From: Alphaproteobacteria bacterium
Lineage (GTDB): Bacteria; Pseudomonadota; Alphaproteobacteria; SP197
Length of the DNA stretch: 64,000 nucleotides
Direction of reading: 5' to 3'
NCBI GenBank assembly: GCA_965228895.1
Contig: OZ245842.1
Coordinates: 2,839,964 to 2,903,963, forward strand
The notes under the pieces were generated by a model. That model was not told the origin of the DNA and made no database searches. It saw nothing but the letters and a program-made list of their open reading frames with translations. The position numbers and the translations under genes were made by a program. Shown in pieces: positions 56,893-64,000 of this stretch (position 1 is its first letter; every line of letters begins with the position of its first letter).

Positions 56893-58266
56893 ATGGATTT
56901 TTTTGCCAAGTCCGCCCTTTTATCCAGGGGTTGGGCGCAGGACGTGTTGTTGCGAACCGACGACGACGGTCTGCTGAGCGAGGTTCGCAGCAACGCTCGA
57001 CCGACACGCTCGTCCCTGCGTTTGGCCGGCCCGGTTATGCCCGGCATGCCAAACCTCCACAGTCACGCGTTTCAGCGCGCCATGGCCGGCCTTGCCGAAA
57101 GCGCCGGTAAGGAGCCCGACAGTTTCTGGACATGGCGTGAGGTCATGTACCGGTTCGTGAGTCGGCTTGACCCCGAGCAACTGGGTGCCATCGCCGCGCA
57201 GCTCTATCTGGAAATGCTGAAGGCCGGCTATACGTCGGTCGCTGAGTTTCATTACTTGCACCACCAGCCGGGTGGTCGCCCGTATGACGACTTGGCGGAG
57301 ATGGCGAACCGCATTGTGCGTGCCGCCCAGCAGACCGGCATCGGTCTGACCTTGCTGCCGGTGCTCTACGCCTATGGCGGGTTCGGCGGCAAACAGCCGG
57401 CGCGCGGCCAGGCGCGGTTTATCAACGGCGCCGACCGGTTCTTGAGACTGGTGCAGGAGTTGAAGGCGCGTCACGACAACAAACTCAACATGCGGATCGG
57501 CATCGCGCCGCATTCGCTGCGCGCCGTCACCAAGGGACTTCTTTCGGAAACACTGACCGGCCTGAACCGGATGGACGACACCGCGCCGGTGCACATTCAT
57601 ATCGCCGAACAAACGCGCGAAGTCGAAGACTGCCAAGAGTGGTCGGGCATGCGACCTGTGACGTGGCTCTATAACCACTTCAACGTCGGGCCGCGCTGGT
57701 GCCTGGTGCATGCCACCCATATCAACCGGATGGAAGCCTGGATGGTCGCAAACAGCCAGGCGGTCGTCGGTTTGTGCCCGACAACGGAAGCCAACCTGGG
57801 CGACGGCATCTTTCCGCTTGGCCTATATCTGCGCGGCGAAGGTTCGTTCGGCATCGGGTCGGACAGTCACATCTCCGTCAGTCCGATCGAGGAACTGCGC
57901 TGGCTTGAATACGTGCAGCGGCTGCGTCGCGAGATTCGCAATGTCGCGGTCACCGACCGCCAGCGCCATGTCGGCATGCGGCTGTGGCACGATACCGTCG
58001 CCGGCGGCGCCCAAGCGCTTGGCCAGCCGGTTGGCGGGCTGAAGATCGGCAACCGCGCAGATTTTATTGTCGTCGATCCCAACCATCCGCTGCTGATTGG
58101 TCGCGAAGGTGCGACGTTGGTCGACTCGCTGGTTTTCTCCGGCAACCAGAATCCGATAACCGATGTTTTCGTCGGCGGCGAACAGGTGATCACCGACGGT
58201 TTCCACGAACGCGAAGAGTCGATCAACCGGCGGTTCCGCCGCGCCATCAACCAACTTCACGCCTAG
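56893..58266 (+). CDS. hutF: Formimidoylglutamate deiminase
   Basis: The start is trimmed to 'MDFFAKS'. 'PGMPNLHSHAFQR' and 'HIHIAEQ' show an amidohydrolase with HutF-type length and motifs. Confidence 0.75.
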   Translation: MDFFAKSALLSRGWAQDVLLRTDDDGLLSEVRSNARPTRSSLRLAGPVMPGMPNLHSHAFQRAMAGLAESAGKEPDSFWTWREVMYRFVSRLDPEQLGAIAAQLYLEMLKAGYTSVAEFHYLHHQPGGRPYDDLAEMANRIVRAAQQTGIGLTLLPVLYAYGGFGGKQPARGQARFINGADRFLRLVQELKARHDNKLNMRIGIAPHSLRAVTKGLLSETLTGLNRMDDTAPVHIHIAEQTREVEDCQEWSGMRPVTWLYNHFNVGPRWCLVHATHINRMEAWMVANSQAVVGLCPTTEANLGDGIFPLGLYLRGEGSFGIGSDSHISVSPIEELRWLEYVQRLRREIRNVAVTDRQRHVGMRLWHDTVAGGAQALGQPVGGLKIGNRADFIVVDPNHPLLIGREGATLVDSLVFSGNQNPITDVFVGGEQVITDGFHEREESINRRFRRAINQLHA

Positions 58267-58512
58267 AACGGACCAAACATTGTAGTCGGTCAGCGTTTGC
58301 CGGCACTTCGGGCAAAACCCAGCAACATTCAACATGTAAGCAATATTCGCAAACTATGACAGCCGTCACACCGTTCTTTCTCGCGTAGGTTGCGACTCAT
58401 TAGTATTGTCAATCCCGCCAACTGCTCTATCGCGGGTTGTGGTCGGCTGTTTCCCCGGCATACGCCCCGGCTGAGCGACTTGATTAAGACAAAATCTGGA
58501 GGGACTTGGATT

Positions 58513-58992
58513 ATGTCTTTTGGACGCCGAGACGTTTACGACCGACGGAGCGAGCCACGCACCGATATCCTGCAACGGGTCAGCCTAGTCTTCGGAGAAA
58601 AAGATGCGACGGCGACTGGGTTAATCCGCAACATCTCGATGAGCGGCCTAAGGTTTGTCGCCGACACGCCGCTCAACCTGCCGCGCCACGTAACCTTGGT
58701 CTTCGGCAACGGCGAGCGCTTCGACTGCGATGTCGTGCGCGAGGAAAACGGTACGGAGTTCGGTTTGAAGTTCGCCGACCTCGGCGCCTTCGGCCGCTCC
58801 GAGGCTAAGGAGAGCATCGACGCAGTCTATCAAATCACCAAAAGCCGCTCGCCCATGGACATCTACAACATGATGGAGCGGGTCGAATTTTTTGGTGACG
58901 AGGAACTCGAGTCGGCAACGCGCGACTATGCCGCCGCCTATGATCACATGATCGGCCTTTACCGAAAGCGGGTCTTTGCGCAGCAAACGTAG
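58513..58992 (+). CDS. PilZ-domain protein (c-di-GMP binding)
   Basis: Contains 'RRSEPR' followed by 'DxSxSG' in 'LIRNISMSGLRF'. The ORF opens at 58390. Confidence 0.55.
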   Translation: MSFGRRDVYDRRSEPRTDILQRVSLVFGEKDATATGLIRNISMSGLRFVADTPLNLPRHVTLVFGNGERFDCDVVREENGTEFGLKFADLGAFGRSEAKESIDAVYQITKSRSPMDIYNMMERVEFFGDEELESATRDYAAAYDHMIGLYRKRVFAQQT

Positions 58993-59081
58993 TGCACACC
59001 GGGCTCATTGCCCGCCGGACCGCAACCAACCCGGGCACGAGCGCCACAGCGGCGAAAGCGGGTTCTCTCGATGTCATGCGG

Positions 59082-60644
59082 TCAGACGTTCATCGCAAAC
59101 AGATCCGCGGGCATAAATCGACGGAACCCGCCATCGCGCACCAACGTGGCGATGGTTTCGATGTCGGGCGCGAAAAATCGGTCTTCGTCATAAAAGGGCA
59201 CGCGTTCGCGTACCAGGTTCATCGCGCCGGCAAGCTTTGCCGAGGTGTGAAGCGGCTTTCTGAAATCGATACCTTGGGCGGCGGCCAACAGCTCGATCGC
59301 GGTAATCGCGGCTGCGCTATCGGCCATGGCGAGCAGCCGGAATGCGCCGTGGGTCGCCATCGAGACGTGGTCTTCCTGGTTGGCTGATGTCGGCAGGCTG
59401 TCGATGCTGGCCGGTGCTGCCTTCTGTTTGTTCTCGGCGGCAAGCGCGGCAGCCGTCACCTGGGCGATCATGAAACCGGAGTTGACGCCGCTGTCGTCGA
59501 CCAGGAACGGCGGCAGGTTACTCATCCGGGCATCGGTCAGAAGCGCGATGCGGCGCTCACTGAGCGAACCGATCTCGGCCAGCGCGAGCGCCAGGTTGTC
59601 GGCGGCAAGCGCAATCGGCTCGGCGTGAAAGTTTCCGCCAGAGAGCACATCACCGTCGGCGGCAAACACAAGTGGATTGTCGGTAACACCGTTCGCTTCG
59701 CGCGTGATGATATCACCGGCAAAGCGCAGATGGTCGAGGCACGCGCCCATCACCTGGGGCTGGCAGCGCAGCGAATACGGATCCTGCACACGATCGCAAT
59801 CGACATGGGACTTGCGGATCTCGCTGCCGTCGAGCAGATCGCGGTAGAGTGCCGCGATGTCCTGCTGACCTCGTTGCCGGCGTACGGCGTTGATGCGCTC
59901 GTCAAACGGGGCGTCGCTACCGAGCGAGGCGTCGATACTCATGGTGCCGGCGATGACGGCGGCGGCGAAGACGTCGTGGATGGCCAGCAGGCCACCCGCC
60001 GCAAGCGCGGTCGACACCTGGGTGCCGTTCAGCAGCGCCAGACCTTCTTTGGCATCGAGTTGAAGCGGCGCCATGCCGAGCGCTTCAAGGCCCTCCTCCG
60101 CCGGCATCGATTTGCCGGCGACCTTGATCGACCCGACGCCGATCAACGCGGCCGAGAGATGGGCCAGCGGCGCCAGATCACCGGACGCGCCGACCGACCC
60201 TTGCTGCGGCATCCGCGGCAGGGCGTCCGCATTGTAAAATGCCAGAAGCGCTTCGATGACCTCGCGCCGACACCCGGAGAAACCCTGGCTGAGCGCGTTG
60301 ATTTTGAGAGCCAGCGTCCGGCGCACGACGGCATCGGGCAGCTCGGCACCGACACCCGCCGCGTGGCTCAAGACGATACGGCGCTGCAGGTCGCGCAGAC
60401 GGTCATGCGGGATCGAGGTGTTGGCCAGGCTGCCGAAACCCGTGTTGATGCCATAAACCCGCTCGGTCCCGTTGGCGACCGCCTGGACCAGATCGGATGC
60501 CCGTTCGATCGCAGGCCACGCGTCGTCGTCTATCGTCAGGCGGTTTCCCGCGTCACCAAGCACGGCAATATTGCTGAGCGTGAGCTGGCCGGGCACCAGC
60601 CGAAAGTCATTGGTCATCGTTTCGATCTGCACCACCAGGGGCAT
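59082..60644 (-). CDS. hutH: Histidine ammonia-lyase
   Basis: The MIO-forming 'ASG' sits in 'GSVGASGDLAPLAHL'. The 520-aa product is PAL/HAL-family size. Confidence 0.85.
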   Translation of the reverse strand: MPLVVQIETMTNDFRLVPGQLTLSNIAVLGDAGNRLTIDDDAWPAIERASDLVQAVANGTERVYGINTGFGSLANTSIPHDRLRDLQRRIVLSHAAGVGAELPDAVVRRTLALKINALSQGFSGCRREVIEALLAFYNADALPRMPQQGSVGASGDLAPLAHLSAALIGVGSIKVAGKSMPAEEGLEALGMAPLQLDAKEGLALLNGTQVSTALAAGGLLAIHDVFAAAVIAGTMSIDASLGSDAPFDERINAVRRQRGQQDIAALYRDLLDGSEIRKSHVDCDRVQDPYSLRCQPQVMGACLDHLRFAGDIITREANGVTDNPLVFAADGDVLSGGNFHAEPIALAADNLALALAEIGSLSERRIALLTDARMSNLPPFLVDDSGVNSGFMIAQVTAAALAAENKQKAAPASIDSLPTSANQEDHVSMATHGAFRLLAMADSAAAITAIELLAAAQGIDFRKPLHTSAKLAGAMNLVRERVPFYDEDRFFAPDIETIATLVRDGGFRRFMPADLFAMNV

Positions 60645-60770
60645 CGCACGATCTGCGACGCCGGAACTCCTCGATTAAACCCGTGATTGCGCCAGCGCAA
60701 GCTTGTTTACATGGCTCGATTGCGGCCTTAGCGTCATCGTCTAAAGGGTTCTGCTCAAAGGATAACATCC

Positions 60771-62297
60771 ATGACAAGGGAGCGGGCGCGCCGGCGCGAG
60801 AGGCGCAGCAAGGGGCAACGCTTTCATCAACTGCCGTGGCGGCGGGTGACCAACCCGTTCCCGCCGCTTGAGGCCGTTTCCGCCGACGAACTGCAGATGA
60901 TCCAGGATCGTTCGCTGGAGGTCCTGGAAGATATCGGCATCGAGTTCCTGGACGACCGCGCGCTCGACATTCTTCAAAAGGCCGGCGCCGATGTCGATCG
61001 CGGCAACCGGCGCGTTCGCTTTGACCGCAATCTCGTCGCCGAGGCCGTCGCCAAGGCGCCGGCCCGTTTCACACTTCATGCCCGTAACCCCGAACGCAAT
61101 CTGGAGATTGGCGGCAACGCGATCGCATTTTCGCCAGTCGCCAGTCCGCCGTTTGCTTCCGACCTGGACAACGGCCGGCGCGAGGGCAACTTCGCCGATT
61201 ACCAGAATTTCTTGAGGCTCGCGCAAAGCCTCAACATCCTGCATCTGGTGTGCGGTTATCCGGTCGAACCGACGGACCTACCGGCACCGACCCGACATCT
61301 CGATTGTTACGCGGCCTTCGCACGGCTGACCGATCGCGCTTGGCACGCCTATTCGCTGGGCCGCGACCGTGTCGAAGACGCGCTCGACATTATCTGTATG
61401 GTGCGCGGCATCGATCGCGAGCAATTGATGCACGAGCCAAGCGTCGTTACGGTCGTCAATGCCAACTCGCCGCTTCGCTATGACGGCCCGATGCTGGATG
61501 GGCTTCTGCGTATGGCCGATCATCACCAGCCGGTCATCGTGACGCCGTTCACGTTGTGCGGTGCCATGGCGCCGGCGACGGTGGTCGGCGCGTTGACGCA
61601 GCAGAACGCGGAAGCGCTGGCCGGCATGACGTTGATCCAACTCGCCAATCCCGGCGCGCCGGTGATGTATGGCGGCTTTACCAGCAATGTCGACATGAAG
61701 TCCGGCGCGCCGGCCTTCGGCACGCCGGAATACACCCGCGCCGCCTTGATCGGCGGTCAGCTTGCCCGGTTGAACGGCGTGCCCTATCGCTCCAGCAACA
61801 CCAACGCGTCGAACGCGCCCGATGCCCAAGCGGCGTACGAATCCCAGATGTCGATCTGGGGCGCCGTAATGGGCCACGTGAACCTGATGATGCACGGCGC
61901 CGGTTGGCTGGAGGGCGGCCTGGTGGCGAGTTTTGAAAAGATGATCATCGACGTCGAGATGCTGCAGATGATTGCCGAAGTCCTGGAGCCGATCACGGTC
62001 ACGGACGCGGAGATCGGCATCGAAGCCATGGCCGATGTCGGCCCTGGCGGTCACTTCTTCGGGACCCAGCACACACTGGATCGCTACGAGCACGCCTTCT
62101 ACGAACCCGTCGTCTCGGACTGGCGCAACTTCGAAAGCTGGGTCGAGGCCGGCAGTCCCGATGCCGCCCAGCGCGCCAACGTCATCTGGAAACAATTGCT
62201 GGATGACTACACGCCACCACCAATGGACCCGGCGATCGAAGAAGAACTTGAGGCGTTCGTGAGCCGGCGCAAGGCTGAGACCAAAGACGCCGCCTGA
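60771..62297 (+). CDS. MttB-superfamily (trimethylamine/quaternary-amine) methyltransferase, non-pyrrolysine type
   Basis: 508 aa containing 'PFTLCGAMAPAT' and 'GAGWLEGGL' and 'DWRNFE'. There is no in-frame TAG. Confidence 0.8.
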   Translation: MTRERARRRERRSKGQRFHQLPWRRVTNPFPPLEAVSADELQMIQDRSLEVLEDIGIEFLDDRALDILQKAGADVDRGNRRVRFDRNLVAEAVAKAPARFTLHARNPERNLEIGGNAIAFSPVASPPFASDLDNGRREGNFADYQNFLRLAQSLNILHLVCGYPVEPTDLPAPTRHLDCYAAFARLTDRAWHAYSLGRDRVEDALDIICMVRGIDREQLMHEPSVVTVVNANSPLRYDGPMLDGLLRMADHHQPVIVTPFTLCGAMAPATVVGALTQQNAEALAGMTLIQLANPGAPVMYGGFTSNVDMKSGAPAFGTPEYTRAALIGGQLARLNGVPYRSSNTNASNAPDAQAAYESQMSIWGAVMGHVNLMMHGAGWLEGGLVASFEKMIIDVEMLQMIAEVLEPITVTDAEIGIEAMADVGPGGHFFGTQHTLDRYEHAFYEPVVSDWRNFESWVEAGSPDAAQRANVIWKQLLDDYTPPPMDPAIEEELEAFVSRRKAETKDAA

Positions 62298-62423
62298 TCG
62301 TCACCGCAGTCTCGGCTTTGGCGTTTTCGTGACCAAAGGTGACGCCCTGGTGCTTTCCAGCGGCATGAGGCGCTCCCTAGCCTTTCGCCGACCCTCATAG
62401 AGAACAGTTCAGGCGGATTCCTC

Positions 62424-63953
62424 ATGGCCCGACGCACATCTAGACGCCAAGCCGGCGGCCGGGCCAAAGGCGCCCTTCATCAGTTGCCCTGGCGGCAGGT
62501 CAGAAACCGGTTCCCGCCGGTCGATATCCTGAGCGCCGATCAGATCGAGCACATCCACAACAGCTCGCTTCAGGTGCTCGAAGAATTGGGCATGGAAGTC
62601 ATGGGCGAGAGTGCGCGGCGTCTTCTGAAAGACGCCGGCGCCGATGTCGACGACGCGACCATGCGCGTGCGCTTCGACCGCACCATGGTGATGGAACAGA
62701 TTGAGAAGGCGCCGGCGGAGTTCACCATCCACAGCCGCAACCCCGACCGCGACGTTGTCTTTGGCGGCAACCACGTGGTCGTCACGCCGGTCAGCAGCAC
62801 ACCGAACTGTTCGGATCTCGACCGCGGCCGCCGCCCCGGCAGCTACGACGACTTCTGCGATCTCCTGCGTCTCTCCCAAAGCCTCAATGTCGTCCACTAC
62901 TACGGCGGCTATCCGGTCGAACCGCAGGACCTGCCGGTGCCGACCCGTCACCTGGATTGTTACATCGCGTTCATCACCTTGACCGACCGCGCGTGGCGCA
63001 CCTATTCGCTGGGCGGCGACCGGTGCCGTGACGGCATCGCGATGAACAAGATCGCGCGCCAGATCGGCGACGATGAGATGCGCGCCAAACCCGGCCTGAT
63101 GACCATGATCAACACCAACTCGCCGCTGCGCCTGGACGGGCCGATGAGCGAGGGTTTGATGGAGATGGCGCGCGCCGGTCAGGGCGTTGCCATCACGCCC
63201 TTCACCCTGTGCGGGGCGATGGCGCCGGCGACGCTTGCCGGCGCCCTGGTGCAGCAGAATGCCGAGGCGTTGGCAGCGCTCGCCCTGGTGCAGTTGGCCA
63301 ACCCCGGCAATCCCGTGATGTATGGCGGCTTTACCAGCAATGTCGACATGAAGTCGGGCGCGCCGGCCTTCGGCACGCCGGAATACGTCAAAGCGACGCT
63401 GGCCGGCGGTCAGTTGGCGCGCCATTACGGCATTCCCTTCCGCACCAGCAACGTCAACGCCTCGAACGCGCCGGACGCGCAAGGCGCGTACGAGTCCGGC
63501 ATGTCGTTATGGGCCGCGTTCCTGGCGCACGGCAACATGATCCACCATGGCGCAGGCTGGCTGGAAGGCGGCCTGGTCTCCAGCTTCGAAAAGATGATCA
63601 TCGATGCGGAGATGCTGCAGATGATGTTCGAGACGCTGGAGCCGCTCGAGGTCACCGATGACGCCATCGGCCTCGACGCCATGCGCGAGGTCGGGCCGGG
63701 CGGCCACTTCTTCGGTGCTCAGCACACGCTCGAACGTTATGAGACCGCATTCTATGCGCCCATGCTGAGCGACTGGCGCAACTTCGAGACCTGGGCCGAA
63801 GCCGGCAGCCCGGACGCGGCGCAACGCGCCAACCGGATCTGGAAGCAGCTTCTGGAGAGTTACGAGGAACCGGCGCTTGATCCGGCAATTCGCGAAGAAC
63901 TCGACGCCTATGTCGCGCGGCGCAAGGAAGAAGGCGGCGCCGAAGACAGCTAG
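62424..63953 (+). CDS. MttB-superfamily methyltransferase, tandem paralog
   Basis: 509 aa, about 65% identical to the upstream paralog and with the same motifs. Confidence 0.8.
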   Translation: MARRTSRRQAGGRAKGALHQLPWRQVRNRFPPVDILSADQIEHIHNSSLQVLEELGMEVMGESARRLLKDAGADVDDATMRVRFDRTMVMEQIEKAPAEFTIHSRNPDRDVVFGGNHVVVTPVSSTPNCSDLDRGRRPGSYDDFCDLLRLSQSLNVVHYYGGYPVEPQDLPVPTRHLDCYIAFITLTDRAWRTYSLGGDRCRDGIAMNKIARQIGDDEMRAKPGLMTMINTNSPLRLDGPMSEGLMEMARAGQGVAITPFTLCGAMAPATLAGALVQQNAEALAALALVQLANPGNPVMYGGFTSNVDMKSGAPAFGTPEYVKATLAGGQLARHYGIPFRTSNVNASNAPDAQGAYESGMSLWAAFLAHGNMIHHGAGWLEGGLVSSFEKMIIDAEMLQMMFETLEPLEVTDDAIGLDAMREVGPGGHFFGAQHTLERYETAFYAPMLSDWRNFETWAEAGSPDAAQRANRIWKQLLESYEEPALDPAIREELDAYVARRKEEGGAEDS

Positions 63954-64000
63954 GGCGCGCCGCCGCCTTTCGTGTCAAGGCCGCTTTCATCCGGTTTAAG

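Noticed and set aside
58281-58306. A possible terminator hairpin after hutF (TTGCCGGCACTTCGGGCAA).
   Set aside because: The stem is only 5-6 bp with a mismatch and there is no U-tract. It is not convincing.

Overview
This window is high-GC chromosomal DNA, most likely from an alphaproteobacterium. I base that on the SucD/MtkB-type and HutI/HutF-type proteins, the Tat-type signal peptides, and the glyQ-glyS-ppdK gene order. Gene density is high, roughly 60 protein genes plus one tRNA-Pro(CGG). I found no rRNA, no CRISPR array and no transposase or integrase.

Read left to right, the window contains:
- an LPS or polysaccharide glycosyltransferase cluster (family 4, family 2, family 4), partly cut off at the left edge;
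- ygfZ, then ppdK-glyS-glyQ on the minus strand;
- a GNAT, an SDR and an alpha/beta hydrolase;
- two paralogous Tat-exported PotD/PotF-like solute-binding proteins (SBPs), each with its own terminator;
- gltS, an enolase-superfamily enzyme and a Zn-dependent alcohol dehydrogenase;
- a Cache/HAMP class III adenylate cyclase;
- a divergent TetR/ureohydrolase pair separated by a 36-bp palindromic operator;
- a serine-cycle-like module sgaA-mtkA-mtkB (malate thiokinase rather than SucCD, judged from a characteristic insertion in the alpha subunit);
- an uncharacterised five-gene, translationally coupled membrane redox operon centred on a di-heme-b transmembrane domain fused to a Rieske domain;
- sppA, a DUF2007 protein with an overlapping N6-adenine methyltransferase-like gene, ispB and tRNA-Pro;
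- an EamA transporter and a membrane protein with a C-terminal ICMT/PEMT-like methyltransferase domain;
- a LysR regulator, a TRZ/ATZ amidohydrolase, a third SBP paralog, GFA, a class III transaminase, DUF3179 and PhyH;
- HAD and FIST proteins, and a second adenylate cyclase carrying an N-terminal membrane domain plus a 2Fe-2S ferredoxin domain;
- a Sel1-SPOR protein;
- a YHS-domain gene and a ZIP transporter with a palindromic candidate operator;
- hutI, hutF and hutH interrupted by a PilZ gene, followed by two tandem MttB-family methyltransferase paralogs.

The strongest candidate for a new system is at 47.7-52.3 kb. An 850-aa secreted protein there carries roughly 170 cysteines arranged with strict three-residue periodicity (C-x-x)n, including eight tandem 129-bp DNA repeats. 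This cysteine array is fused to a C-terminal cytochrome P460-like domain with a c-type heme motif (CIDCH). It is co-oriented with a periplasmic rhodanese and a cytochrome c2, and it sits divergently from a secreted FGE/SUMF1-family enzyme.

A second notable item is a roughly 140-bp intergenic element present twice (25.3 kb and 38.6 kb). Its two copies differ by compensatory substitutions that preserve several hairpins, which points to a structured RNA or a MITE.

Other observations include GACCAATTT direct repeats upstream of sgaA, three orphan SBP paralogs, an 830-bp low-GC noncoding stretch, and an AT-rich island.
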